From the NCBI GenBank assembly GCA_963841935.1, contig CAWJEP010000001.1, positions 10,487-74,486 on the forward strand: a DNA stretch of 64,000 bases. Direction: 5' to 3'. Made by a program: the position numbers and the translations under genes. Source of the stretch: an uncultured bacterium. Lineage in GTDB: Bacteria > Patescibacteriota > Minisyncoccia > Phycocordibacterales > UBA6065. Positions 8,302 to 17,794 of this stretch are shown piece after piece. The notes below the pieces were generated by a model. It had not been told where the DNA came from. It searched no databases and saw only the letters and a program-made list of their open reading frames with translations. Each line of letters begins with the position of its first letter. The stretch's first letter is position 1.

Positions 8302-10446
8302 TTATTTCCTCGCCTCCACAATCTCTTTTTCCACGTTCGGCGGCACGACCTCGTAATGGTCGAATTCCATTTGGGCGCTTCCCTGTCCGGAAGTCATGGA
8401 GCGCAGCTGGGTGGTGTAGCCGAACATTTCGGCGAGAGGCACTTTGGCGAGAATCGAAAGTACCGGACCTTTCGGCTGTGTGCCTTCTATCATTCCTCGT
8501 TTTGAAGCAATCGAGCCGGTGATGTCGCCCATATATTTTTCCGGCGCCACGACCTCTAGCTTCATTATCGGTTCTAGAATGACGGCTTTGGCGCGTTTCG
8601 ATGCGTCTTGGAAAGCTTGCGAGGCGGCGATTTTGTAGGCGATTTCCGAAGAGTCGACGTCGTGATAAGAACCGAATGTAAGTTCGCAGGAAACGTTGAC
8701 CATTTTGAAACCGGCGACGACGCCGCGATCCATGGCTTCGCGCACGCCTTTTTCGACAGCCGGAATAAATTCGTTCGGAATAACGCCTCCTTTAATCGAG
8801 TTGATGAATTCGAAATCGTCGTAGCGGGAGACATTCTTAGGAATTTTTTCTCCTTCGACAAGCGGCGGCAAAGGTTTAAGAATAATTTTCACATGGCCGT
8901 ATTGACCCTTACCTCCGGATTGTTTGATGTATTTGTGTTCGGCCTCCGCGGTTCCGAGAATTGTTTCGCGATAAGCCACTTGCGGTTTGCCGACCGTGGT
9001 GTTCACGCCAAACTCTCTTTTCATTCGGTCAACCATAATTTCGAGATGGAGTTCTCCCATACCGGAGATAATAGTCTCGCCGGTTTCCGAGTTGGCGCTG
9101 ATTTTAAATGTCGGATCTTCGTTCGCCAATTTGCGCAAGGCCATTCCCATTTTTTCTTGGTCGGCTTTGGTTTTCGGTTCGACGCGAAGAGAGACGACCG
9201 GCTCGATAAACTTGATGACTTCGAGAAGAATCGGTTTGTTTTCGTCGCAAAGGGTGTTTGATGTCAACGCGTCTTTGAGACCGACGGCGGCGGCGATTTC
9301 ACCGGCGAAAACTTTTTTCACTTCTTCGCGTTTGTCGGCTTGGAGCCGGACGATGCGCGAAAGTCTTTCTTTCTTGCCCGTCGATGAGTTGTAAATATAA
9401 GAGCCGGCTTCCAAGGTTCCCGAATAAACACGGAAGAATGTGAGAGCTCCGACGAACGGGTCGTTTTGAAGTTTGAAAGCCAGGGCGGAGAATGGTTCCG
9501 AGTCGTCGGCATGGCGGAAAATCTCTTCGCCGGTATTCGGGTCGGTGCCTTTGACCGCCGGAATGTCTAGAGGCGACGGAAGATAGTCGACGACGGCGTC
9601 GAGAATGAGCTGGACGCCTTTGTTTTTGAGCGCCGAGCCGGTCATGACGGGGAAAATATGATTTCCGAGAACGGCTTTGCGCAAACCTTTCTTTATCGTT
9701 TCCAAATCGAAAACTTTTCCTTCAAGATACGCCGTCATCAGAGAATCATCGGTCTCGGCGATTCTTTCGATCATTTGAGCGCGCCATTTTTCGGCATCCG
9801 CTTTTAGTTTCTCCGGAATTTCAATCTCTTTGACATCCATTCCCATTTCGCCTTCGAAGTGATAGGCCTTCATACGAATAAGGTCGATGACGCCTTCGAA
9901 ATTTTCTTCGGAACCTATCGGAAGTTGAATCGGCACGGCGTATTTGCTCAATCGTTCGAGGATTGATTTGTATGATTTTTCGAAAGACGCGCCCATTCTG
10001 TCCATTTTGTTTATGAAACAGATGCGAGGCACTTTGCTCTCATCGGCGTAGCGCCAGTTGGTTTCGGATTGTGGCTCAACTCCGGCGACGCCGTCGAAAA
10101 CGACGACCGCGCCGTCGAGCACGCGAAGCGAGCGTTTGACTTCGACGGTGAAATCAATATGTCCGGGTGTGTCGATGACATTGAAACGGCATTTTTTGGA
10201 GGTGTCGGTCTTCGGCATGTATGAAGGATTCCAAAAACAAGTGATGGCGGCGGCCGTGATGGTGATGCCGCGCTCGCGCTCCTGTTCCATCCAGTCGGTA
10301 ACCGTGTCGCCTTCGTGGACTTCGCCGATTTTATGCGTCATTCCGGTGTAGAAAAGAATGCGTTCTGACGTCGTTGTCTTGCCGGCGTCGATATGGGCGA
10401 TGACGCCGAAATTTCTGACTTTATCTAGAGGATAATCTCTGTTCAT
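8302..10446 (-). CDS. fusA: elongation factor G
   Basis: The 714-aa product has [23 protein letters not shown] and NKMDR motifs. Confidence 0.97.
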   Translation of the reverse strand: MNRDYPLDKVRNFGVIAHIDAGKTTTSERILFYTGMTHKIGEVHEGDTVTDWMEQERERGITITAAAITCFWNPSYMPKTDTSKKCRFNVIDTPGHIDFTVEVKRSLRVLDGAVVVFDGVAGVEPQSETNWRYADESKVPRICFINKMDRMGASFEKSYKSILERLSKYAVPIQLPIGSEENFEGVIDLIRMKAYHFEGEMGMDVKEIEIPEKLKADAEKWRAQMIERIAETDDSLMTAYLEGKVFDLETIKKGLRKAVLGNHIFPVMTGSALKNKGVQLILDAVVDYLPSPLDIPAVKGTDPNTGEEIFRHADDSEPFSALAFKLQNDPFVGALTFFRVYSGTLEAGSYIYNSSTGKKERLSRIVRLQADKREEVKKVFAGEIAAAVGLKDALTSNTLCDENKPILLEVIKFIEPVVSLRVEPKTKADQEKMGMALRKLANEDPTFKISANSETGETIISGMGELHLEIMVDRMKREFGVNTTVGKPQVAYRETILGTAEAEHKYIKQSGGKGQYGHVKIILKPLPPLVEGEKIPKNVSRYDDFEFINSIKGGVIPNEFIPAVEKGVREAMDRGVVAGFKMVNVSCELTFGSYHDVDSSEIAYKIAASQAFQDASKRAKAVILEPIMKLEVVAPEKYMGDITGSIASKRGMIEGTQPKGPVLSILAKVPLAEMFGYTTQLRSMTSGQGSAQMEFDHYEVVPPNVEKEIVEARK

Positions 10447-10483
10447 TTTTATTTTTTATAATTTTTATAGAAGAAAAAATATT

Positions 10484-10954
10484 TTACCACGCGAAGTGAG
10501 CAAACGCCTTGTTCGATTCCGCCATTTTGTGGACATTTTCGCGTTTCTTGACTGCTTCACCTTCGTTTTTGCTTGCGGCGATGATTTCGTCGGCAAGTTT
10601 CTTGTGCATTTCAGTGCCTTTCTTTGAGCGAGCGGCATCAATAATCCATTTCATAGACAAAGCTTGGCGGCGTTCGGGTCGGACTTCGACAGGAACCTGA
10701 TAGTTGGCGCCACCAACACGGCGTGAGCGGACTTCGACGTTTGGCGCGGTGTTTTTCAAAGCGTTTTCGAAAACTTCAACCGGATTTTCGACTTTAGCTT
10801 TTTCTTTTATGGTATCAAAACAGCGATAGACAACGGCTCGGGCCGTTTCTTTCTTGCCGGACTCCATCACATAGTTGATGAGCTTGGAAACTTTTTCAGA
10901 TTCGTATACGCGGTCGGGGAAAAGGTCTCTTTTTGTGTTTATTTTTCGTCTCAT
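10484..10954 (-). CDS. rpsG: 30S ribosomal protein S7
   Basis: The 156-aa product has ...[25 protein letters not shown].... Confidence 0.95.
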   Translation of the reverse strand: MRRKINTKRDLFPDRVYESEKVSKLINYVMESGKKETARAVVYRCFDTIKEKAKVENPVEVFENALKNTAPNVEVRSRRVGGANYQVPVEVRPERRQALSMKWIIDAARSKKGTEMHKKLADEIIAASKNEGEAVKKRENVHKMAESNKAFAHFAW

Positions 10955-10960
10955 GGTATT

Positions 10961-11380
10961 TTATTTAGCTTCTTTCTTAGGTTTCTTCGTGCCGTATTGA
11001 CTGCGACCTTTTCCACGCTTCTCCACTCCCGCCGCGTCGAGCTTGCCGCGCACCACTTGATAGCGAAGACCGACATCCTTGACGCGACCGCCGCGAAGAA
11101 GAACCACTGCGTGTTCCTGCAAATTGTGTCCCATTCCCGGAATATATGCCGTGACTTCCATTCCATTTGAAAGGCGCACGCGAGCGATTTTGCGGATAGC
11201 CGAGTTCGGTTTCTTCGGAGTTTTCGTGGTCACCTTTATGCAGACGCCGCGCTTGAAAGGCGAATCAAAATATTTCGGGCGGTTTTCGATGGTGTTGAAT
11301 GAGCGCGTCAAAGCGACCGACTTTGATTTGCGCTTGAGCGAAACTCTCTTTCTCTTTACGAGCTGATTGATCGTGGGCAT
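10961..11380 (-). CDS. rpsL: 30S ribosomal protein S12
   Basis: The 139-aa product has [43 protein letters not shown]. Confidence 0.95.
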   Translation of the reverse strand: MPTINQLVKRKRVSLKRKSKSVALTRSFNTIENRPKYFDSPFKRGVCIKVTTKTPKKPNSAIRKIARVRLSNGMEVTAYIPGMGHNLQEHAVVLLRGGRVKDVGLRYQVVRGKLDAAGVEKRGKGRSQYGTKKPKKEAK

Positions 11381-11540
11381 TGATAAAACAAATTAAATAA
11401 TAAGGACTTGGAACAGCGTGATTTATTCACCGACCCCCGCGAGATTTGGTGCGGAGAGCGATTACTCACCTGTTCCCTTAAATAACAAGCGTCGATGACG
11501 CAGAGATGAGACTACTATATGTATGAAAAAAAGCAAATTA

Positions 11541-11961
11541 CCAAGGTTCTCTTTTGCCTTTGAACCAAAATCCACCTGTTTGAGGTCTTGAGACCGCCAA
11601 TTTGAAAATATCATCCGCCGCTTCCTCTGGAATCATCGGCGCTTCGTCGCCGCCCATATTCGTCCTCACCCATCCGGGATGAACAGCAGAAACTATGAGA
11701 CCTTCTTTCATCGTTCTGTCCGCCAAAGTCGCCATATACATATTGAGAGCGGCTTTGGAAATCTTATACGCCGGATAATATCCCGGTTCGTGACTGATTC
11801 CTTCTTCGGTCAGCGTTATCGAACCGGCTTCGGATGAGACAAAGACAATGTGAGCGTCTTTCGAAAGGTTCGGCAACATTTTTTCCGTGAAATCCGCCGT
11901 GCCGACGAGATTGACCTCGAGTGTCTGCCGAAGTTTGTCCGGCAAAAGAATTGTTTCTCCG
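11541..11961. repeat. direct repeat copy A (about 421 bp, about 90% identical to 12996-13417)
   Basis: Nucleotide alignment of ccaaggttctcttttgcctttgaaccaaaatcc...ttgtttctccg against copy B. Confidence 0.8.
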
Positions 11962-12047
11962 ACACACCGGCCGGCGCGGATACTGGATTCGGTCGCGGAT
12001 ATCCGTGAATATTCGCTGATTAACCTACTACCGCTAGGTATTATACA

Positions 12048-12078
12048 AAAGAAAACAGCATCGATCGAGATGCTGTTT
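12048..12078 (-). terminator. hairpin plus T-run terminator for gene 12170-12715
   Basis: The hairpin cagcatc gatcga gatgctg is preceded on plus by gaaaa, which is a T-run in minus orientation. Confidence 0.45.
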
Positions 12079-12169
12079 GAGGATTTTAATAAAAGTTCCA
12101 CAACTTATTTTTTGAAAGAGCCAAGGTCAGAGATTCTAGAGCCAGTGCCCAAGTTTCAAAGAACCTAGA

Positions 12170-12715
12170 TCAACTTGCGGGAACGAGAGCCGGGCCGTCG
12201 CCGTCCCAGTCGCCGTCGAGCCAGATGAAGCTCCAGCGCCACCTGCCGCTGCCCCAGTCGAGGTAACGCACACAGAGGTCGCCGCCCGAGCCGCGGTATA
12301 TCGTGCCCCAGAAGAACACTGCCTTGCCTTTCCACTCTTCGGGGATGAGGTGCTGATTTCCATTTTTGAGGAGGAAGTCCAGCAGATTGGCGTTGTAGGG
12401 GTTCTTCTTCGATATGAGTTTGCGAAGTTTGTGGCCCTCGACATACCGACGGTCCGTCTGACCTTCATCGAGATGAAGCCGGACTTTCGTCGGGTCCCAG
12501 ACGAACTGGCCGCCCTTTTGGTGTTCCTCGACGGACCAGCCGTCGGGAATGAAGGGAGTGGCGGAGAGGTCGACGGTCTGGCTCAAAAACGGATCTTCGC
12601 CGCGGAGAATTTTCTTCAGAGCATCGAAGACCTGATCTCCGTTTTGCCCAGCAAGTTTGGTCTGAAGATCGTTCAGAACAGGAACCACTTCCACTAACAT
12701 GAGGTTGTTGCTCAT
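12170..12715 (-). CDS. hypothetical protein (181 aa), GC-rich and compositionally foreign
   Basis: Clean ORF (MSNNLMLVEVVPVLNDLQTKL...WGTIYRGSGGDLCVRYLDWGSGRWRW...DGDWDGDGPALVPAS). Its GC is visibly above its neighbours (roughly 55-60%). No family recognised. Confidence 0.5.
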   Translation of the reverse strand: MSNNLMLVEVVPVLNDLQTKLAGQNGDQVFDALKKILRGEDPFLSQTVDLSATPFIPDGWSVEEHQKGGQFVWDPTKVRLHLDEGQTDRRYVEGHKLRKLISKKNPYNANLLDFLLKNGNQHLIPEEWKGKAVFFWGTIYRGSGGDLCVRYLDWGSGRWRWSFIWLDGDWDGDGPALVPAS

Positions 12716-12799
12716 ATTTCCTTTTCTCTGTCATTTGCATGTCAAGGTCTGCCTATTGGCAGATTGTCCCGAGATGCGCGCCGATATGTTGATGTTACG

Positions 12800-12842
12800 G
12801 CGTTTTTCGGAAGCTCGCGCGAAGCACCCGAAAAACGCCGTA
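12800..12842. other. long hairpin upstream of gene 12170-12715
   Basis: ggcgtttttcgg ... ccgaaaaacgcc is a 12-bp perfect stem with a 17-nt loop. Confidence 0.4.
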
Positions 12843-12992
12843 CTCTTTCAAATTTCAATGTTCTATTTGCTGTCTATTATACACCAAACATATCTATATT
12901 GTCAATAGCAATGAAATATCATCTTTTTCAGAAATCCAAGAAATACCTAAATAGAGCCATTATACGAAATAGAGCTAAAAATGAGTCACTGG

Positions 12993-13664
12993 CTACCAAG
13001 GCTCGCGTTTGCCTTTGAACCAGAAACCGCCGGTAGCAGGTTTTGAAATCGCCAATTTGAAAATATCTGCCGCCGCTTCCTCTGGAATCATCGGCGCTTC
13101 GTCGCCGCCCATATTCGTCCTCACCCATCCGGGATGGACGGCGGAAACTATGAGACCTTCTTTCATCGTCCTGTCCGCCAAAGTCGCCATATACATATTG
13201 AGCGCGGCTTTTGAAATTTTATACGCCGGATAATATCCCGGCTCGTGACTGATTCCCTCTTCGGTAAACGTTATCGAGCCGGCTTCGGATGAAACGAACA
13301 CAATGTGCGCGCTTTTTGAAAGGTTTGGTAACATTTTTTCCGTGAAATCCGCCGTGCCGACGAGATTGACCTCGAGTGTCTGCCGAAGTTTGTCCGGCAA
13401 AAGAATTGTTTCTCCGTCATCAAGCATCACGCCGGCGTTATTTAAGAGGATATCTATTTTCTTTCCCATTTTCGAGATTTCTTTGACGCAATTCGCCACG
13501 CTTTCCTTTTTTGAAAGGTCCAAAGCGACGGAAACAAAGTTTTTTTGCTCGTCCGGCTCTTCCGAATTGAAAGTTCCGACGACAAAATATCCTTCGGAGA
13601 GAAATTTCTCTTTGAGTGCCTTGCCGATGCCTTTGCTTACGCCCGTGATGAGAACTGTTTTCAT
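12993..13664 (-). CDS. short-chain dehydrogenase/reductase (SDR) family oxidoreductase
   Basis: The 223-aa product has VLITGVSKGIGKAL (TGxxxGxG), NNAG, a catalytic YxxxK (YKISKAAL) and a PG motif. Confidence 0.85.
   Translation of the reverse strand: MKTVLITGVSKGIGKALKEKFLSEGYFVVGTFNSEEPDEQKNFVSVALDLSKKESVANCVKEISKMGKKIDILLNNAGVMLDDGETILLPDKLRQTLEVNLVGTADFTEKMLPNLSKSAHIVFVSSEAGSITFTEEGISHEPGYYPAYKISKAALNMYMATLADRTMKEGLIVSAVHPGWVRTNMGGDEAPMIPEEAAADIFKLAISKPATGGFWFKGKREPW
12996..13417. repeat. direct repeat copy B (3' end of the intact SDR gene)
   Basis: See copy A. Confidence 0.8.
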
Positions 13665-13668
13665 ATTT

Positions 13669-14289
13669 TTAAAAAGGTATGCCTGTAATTAAAGTAAAAA
13701 GCCAAGACACGACGACTGACGCTATCGGCGCGAGGATAAAAATCAGAAGAATCACTATGACAAGACCCCATTTGTCCAAGATTCGCCGAACATCTTGAAA
13801 ACGCGCGGGCAAAAGCGCACCGAAAATTCTCGAACCGTCGAGTGGCGGAATGGGAATGAGATTGAAAGTGCCGAGCATCAGATTGACAATGACAATGGTC
13901 GCGACGAGCCCCGCCGCCGCGGACGCCGCTATCGCCGGGGAAAATCGCAGGATGAGTCCGAAAACTATGGCGAGCAAAAAGTTGGAAGCCGGACCCGCGG
14001 CGGCGACGATGGCTTCGCCCCATTTCTTGTTTCGCAAATTATAAGGATTGAAGGGCACCGGTTTCGCCCAGCCAAAAATAAACCCGCCGAGAAGTAGCGA
14101 CAGGGCGGGGAAAATTATCGAGCCGATTGGGTCTATGTGCGGTAAGGGATTGAGTGTAAGTCTCCCACTGTCTTGCGCCGTCCTGTCGCCAAGAAAAAGC
14201 GCGGCGTAGCCGTGAGATACTTCGTGAATAATCACGGAGAAAATCAGGATGATGAGCGAGAACACGAATGTTAGAACTGAATTGTCCAT
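13669..14289 (-). CDS. site-2 protease family (M50) zinc metalloprotease, small membrane-embedded form
   Basis: HEVSHG (HExxH) sits in TM1. There is an NLIPIPPLDG motif and multiple TM helices. Confidence 0.8.
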   Translation of the reverse strand: MDNSVLTFVFSLIILIFSVIIHEVSHGYAALFLGDRTAQDSGRLTLNPLPHIDPIGSIIFPALSLLLGGFIFGWAKPVPFNPYNLRNKKWGEAIVAAAGPASNFLLAIVFGLILRFSPAIAASAAAGLVATIVIVNLMLGTFNLIPIPPLDGSRIFGALLPARFQDVRRILDKWGLVIVILLIFILAPIASVVVSWLFTLITGIPF

Positions 14290-14329
14290 CGTTGATTCAT
14301 TTTAACATATGTGTTAGCCTCTTAAATCT

Positions 14330-14572
14330 ATGGCAAGAACATGCCCAGTATCAAAAAGAACCTCTCTCGTAGGCGGAAAATTTTCCAACCGCACCCGCGC
14401 GACCCAATTCAATCCGACGGGAAAAGTCCGGAAGCAGCTCAACATGCAAAAAAAGAAAATTTACATTCCCGAACTGAAAAAATCCATCACCATAAACATT
14501 TCCACTCGCGCTATCAAGACCATAAACAAAAACGGCGCTTACGCCACTCTCAAAAAAGCCGGCATCATCTAG
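14330..14572 (+). CDS. rpmB: 50S ribosomal protein L28
   Basis: The 80-aa product reads MARTCPVSKRTSLVGGKFSNRTRATQFNPTGKVRKQ.... Confidence 0.85.
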   Translation: MARTCPVSKRTSLVGGKFSNRTRATQFNPTGKVRKQLNMQKKKIYIPELKKSITINISTRAIKTINKNGAYATLKKAGII

Positions 14573-15182
14573 TAATATTTTCTCCGTCGGATTTTAAAAT
14601 TATATCGCCGGTGGAAGACGCGAGATTCGGAATGTCAGCGGGAATCGAGATTGAAGTTTGTCCGTAAATTATTTTCCCCGTAATTTCCGCGCCGGAAGAA
14701 AAAATAACAAAACTCGCGCCGTCTCCGAGATTTATGGAGTCGCCGATCTGCGCCGTTATGTGCGGAATATATTTTTGAGAAACTTCAGCCAAAAGATTTC
14801 GGTACGTCGTCGTTTTTGAAAAAAGTCCGGAATCAATGAAAGCTCCGAGGTCAAATCTATCTAGAACGAACGGTAAACCACCGACATCCGAATTTTTCTG
14901 CGAAGTTGCAAGAACAATGTCTAACGAATGGACATAAAAAGGCAGAGTCCTTCCCAAAGCCTGGAGAACACTCTGGTCCGGACCGCCGTCTATAAGCATC
15001 CTGTTTCCGGAAGGTGATGTGATTAAAATCGCGTCGCCCTGCCCGACATTAAGAAAAGCTACTTGTAATAAGGGTGTTTTCAGGACGGAGTAAGCTCCGA
15101 AAGCGCAAACGCAGGTCAAAATTATTAAAATAGACAAAGCTAGCCGCCGCATAGTGATGATTTTAGCACGGCTATGGTACAA
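14565..15182 (-). CDS. ComEC-type metallo-beta-lactamase-fold protein with degenerate metal-binding motif (membrane anchored)
   Basis: VAFLNVGQGDAILI...IDGGPD matches the ComEC C-terminal MBL domain. The HxHxDH position reads TSQKNSDVGG, so all His/Asp ligands are lost. N-terminal TM segment. Confidence 0.55.
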   Translation of the reverse strand: MYHSRAKIITMRRLALSILIILTCVCAFGAYSVLKTPLLQVAFLNVGQGDAILITSPSGNRMLIDGGPDQSVLQALGRTLPFYVHSLDIVLATSQKNSDVGGLPFVLDRFDLGAFIDSGLFSKTTTYRNLLAEVSQKYIPHITAQIGDSINLGDGASFVIFSSGAEITGKIIYGQTSISIPADIPNLASSTGDIILKSDGENITR

Positions 15183-15189
15183 TTTTTAT

Positions 15190-15780
15190 ATGCAAAAATT
15201 CGAAGAAAAAAAATTCAATATTCCGGCTTTAAAAGGTATTTCGGCGAAAACAATCGAGGAACATTTGAAGCTTTATAGTGGTTATGTAGCGAACGCCAAT
15301 CTCGTTATGGAAAAAATCGCGACACTCGGCGCAGATCCGGCGAATGCGTACGCCGTGAGCGAAATCCGCAGACGTTTCAGTTTTGAATTCAACGGTATGC
15401 GCAATCATGAAGTTTATTTTTCTTCTTTCGAGGGCGGAGCAAAACCTTTACCTGCCAATTCCCTTCTTAAACAAACGGTTGAAGCTGGGGGAGGAACACT
15501 TGAAGCTGGTATCGCTTATTTCAAATCACTAGCCCTCACTCGCGGTATCGGCTGGGCAATGCTTTGGTATGACCGCAAAGACAAAATGATACTTGCGTCA
15601 TGGGTCGACGAACAGCACCTCGGACAACTCCAAGATTGCACACCCATTCTCGCTCTCGACATGTGGGAACATTCGTTCGTCGCGGACTACCAACCCTCGG
15701 GAAAGAAAAGTTACGTTGAAGATTTTTTCGCCAATCTCAATTGGGAAGTGATCGAGAAGAATTTCCTAAACGCGCGATAA
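15190..15780 (+). CDS. Fe/Mn-family superoxide dismutase-like protein
   Basis: The C-terminal DMWEHSFV motif matches DxWEHAYY. NHEVYF matches NHxxFW. The EEH position corresponds to the N-terminal His ligand. Start chosen at MQKFEE. Confidence 0.6.
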   Translation: MQKFEEKKFNIPALKGISAKTIEEHLKLYSGYVANANLVMEKIATLGADPANAYAVSEIRRRFSFEFNGMRNHEVYFSSFEGGAKPLPANSLLKQTVEAGGGTLEAGIAYFKSLALTRGIGWAMLWYDRKDKMILASWVDEQHLGQLQDCTPILALDMWEHSFVADYQPSGKKSYVEDFFANLNWEVIEKNFLNAR

Positions 15781-17290
15781 AAAATATCATCGCGGCGTAG
15801 ACAATCACAACCGCCGAAAAAGGAAAAGGGATCGCGACTGACGAAAAAGGAATCGCCGAAAATATTTTGGCGACAAATAGCTCGTATGAAGTGAAAAAAT
15901 AAGCAACGACGGCGAACGGAAAGGAGAGAATCGGCGAAATTAGACCGATCACACCTGACAGAAGTCCGAAAAGCATGGTCATGGGCAGTACCGGCAAAAT
16001 TAAAATATTGGCCGGCACGGAAAAAAACGACAGCGAGCCGGTAATATACAAAATATAAGGCAAAACGGCGACTTGCGCCGACAAAGTCGATATAAAAATT
16101 TCCCTAAAACCGAATCTCTCGGGAATTTTCACTAACTTTTTTTCGAAAATGGGCGAAATAAATATAAGGCCGAGAACGGCGAGAATGGAAGCCTGAAAAG
16201 ACGAGTCGAAAATCAAAATCATTGGGTTCCAAAAGACCATCAGGAAAATCGTCAGTGCCAAAGCGCGCACGGCGTCGTGTTTTCTCGCCAAAGCTTTGGA
16301 TAAAAAAGCGAAAAGCGCCATGATGGAGGCGCGAACGACCATGGCCGACGCTCCGGTCATCAAAACAAAAAGAATAATTGAAACCGAAGCGAGAACAAGC
16401 GACGTCCGAAATCCAAATCTCGCAAAAAACCTTCTGACGGACTCGGCAACGATTGCGATGGCGTAGCCGGAGAGGATAACGATGTGAATCGTGCCAACTT
16501 TTCGAAGCATGTCTAGAATATCCTGCGGTACGGAATGTCTTTCTCCCAAAAGAATGGCGTTGACCAAAGATGCGTTCGGCTCATTTATCACGCGGTCAAC
16601 GCTATCGGCGAACGCGTGTTTTATCGAAAGAAGAAAGGATATCGCGGGATTGCCTTTGTTTGACGCGACCAAACTAATAACCGGTTGGTACATTACGGAG
16701 TAGATTCTGTCTTTTTGAAGATATGAAACATAATCGAAAACCTCACCTGTCGCGTCATCAGAAAAATTCCTCGGCGAAACCAATGGGCCGAGAACGGCGA
16801 GCTCGTCGCCGTAATTTCTTTTCGGAAAAAGTCCGGCTTCAATGAGAATATTATTTTCTCCGGAAAGTTTTTTGCCGTTTACCGACTCCACGCGAAAAGT
16901 AATAAGCTGTTTGTCTTGCCTGACATCCGGGTCTTGCGAAATGTAACCGGTGATTTCTATTTTGCCTCTCGCGCCGGAAAGAATCGGGTCCGGAGTTTTT
17001 GAATATGTCTCGTATCGCAAAGCGCCGAGAAAGAAAAATATCAATGAAAGAGAAACGAGCGCGGGAAGTGCGGCAGTTTTTCGCTTGTGCGCTTCGCTCC
17101 GACTTACGCGCTCAAAACTGCCGCACTTCCCGCGCTCTAAATTCGGTCTTCGTTCGAAAATACATACCGCCGCGATTGCCGAAGCTATTAATAATACAAA
17201 AACTAGCAGAAAAATATCGGCGTTCGTGAAAGTTTGAAACGCGATTCCCGCCGCGAAACCTATAACCGCTATATAAATGGCCGCCGCCAT
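15737..17290 (-). CDS. comEC: competence protein ComEC/Rec2 (DUF4131 plus competence domain, polytopic membrane)
   Basis: The 517-aa product has many TM helices with ComEC-core-like segments (...LSGYAIAIVAESVRRFFARFGF...). It carries an in-frame 81-bp palindromic element insertion in the TM2-TM3 loop. Confidence 0.8.
   Translation of the reverse strand: MAAAIYIAVIGFAAGIAFQTFTNADIFLLVFVLLIASAIAAVCIFERRPNLERGKCGSFERVSRSEAHKRKTAALPALVSLSLIFFFLGALRYETYSKTPDPILSGARGKIEITGYISQDPDVRQDKQLITFRVESVNGKKLSGENNILIEAGLFPKRNYGDELAVLGPLVSPRNFSDDATGEVFDYVSYLQKDRIYSVMYQPVISLVASNKGNPAISFLLSIKHAFADSVDRVINEPNASLVNAILLGERHSVPQDILDMLRKVGTIHIVILSGYAIAIVAESVRRFFARFGFRTSLVLASVSIILFVLMTGASAMVVRASIMALFAFLSKALARKHDAVRALALTIFLMVFWNPMILIFDSSFQASILAVLGLIFISPIFEKKLVKIPERFGFREIFISTLSAQVAVLPYILYITGSLSFFSVPANILILPVLPMTMLFGLLSGVIGLISPILSFPFAVVAYFFTSYELFVAKIFSAIPFSSVAIPFPFSAVVIVYAAMIFFIARLGNSSRSLPN
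17057..17137. repeat. RPE/MITE-like palindromic element, copy 1 (24-bp arms plus conserved 33-bp core), in frame inside comEC
   Basis: gagcgcgggaagtgcggcagtttt | TCGCTTGTGCGCTTCGCTCCGACTTACGCGCTC | aaaactgccgcacttcccgcgctc. It totals 81 bp, which is 27 codons. Confidence 0.8.
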
Positions 17291-17302
17291 ATTATTTTTA
17301 TT

Positions 17303-17794
17303 TTATATTCTTATCGAATATTTTTTTACGTCTCCGGAAAAGAGCGGAACGGGCATATTGTCGGCAAAAGACGTGGCTATGACATCGCAGCGTTCGTTTG
17401 CTCCATGACCGCTGTGACCCAAAACCGTTTTCCATTCGATTTTTAAACCTTCGGACAGCGTCGAAAGTGCTTGCCAATATTCTTGATTCAGGACCGGCTT
17501 TCGCCCGGCCGTTCTCCAATTATTTCTTTTCCAATTGGAGAGCCACTGCGTCATTCCTTTTACGACGTATTCAGAATCCGAACAAACAACGATTGACGAA
17601 GGATTTTTAATTTCTTTTTTTACGAATTCAAGCGCGGAAATCGCGGCTGAAAGTTCCATTTGATTGTTCGTTGTGTGCTCGCTAGCTCCGCCAATTTCTC
17701 TGACTTTGCCTTCATAAACGACAATCGCTCCCCAGCCGCCCGGACCGGGATTTCCTCTCGCGCTTCCGTCGGTAAAAATCAAAATTTCTTTCAT
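17303..17794 (-). CDS. rnhA: ribonuclease HI
   Basis: The motifs are TDGSARGNPGPGGWG, ELSAAISALE and HSGHGANERCD. Confidence 0.9.
   Translation of the reverse strand: MKEILIFTDGSARGNPGPGGWGAIVVYEGKVREIGGASEHTTNNQMELSAAISALEFVKKEIKNPSSIVVCSDSEYVVKGMTQWLSNWKRNNWRTAGRKPVLNQEYWQALSTLSEGLKIEWKTVLGHSGHGANERCDVIATSFADNMPVPLFSGDVKKYSIRI

Larger units (their letters stand above)
11538..12101 (-). pseudogene. 3' fragment of an SDR-family oxidoreductase gene (displaced duplicate of 12993-13664; lacks the Rossmann N-terminus)
   Basis: The C-terminal 150 aa (ETILLPDKLRQTLEVNLVGTADFTEKMLPNLSK.AHIVFVSSEAGS...YKISKAAL...GWVRTNMGG) are about 90% identical to the intact paralog. The upstream part of the ORF is unrelated sequence with no TGxxxGIG motif. 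Confidence 0.6.

Noticed and set aside
8608-9394. Plus-strand ORFs of 217 and 135 aa
   Set aside because: They are antisense shadows inside fusA.
12764-13018. 84-aa plus ORF between the foreign gene and the SDR
   Set aside because: It is AT-rich and low-complexity, with no start context. It overlaps the repeat boundary and the hairpin region.
14341-14667. 108-aa plus ORF
   Set aside because: It is an alternative frame over rpmB and the convergent MBL gene. rpmB has the L28 signature.
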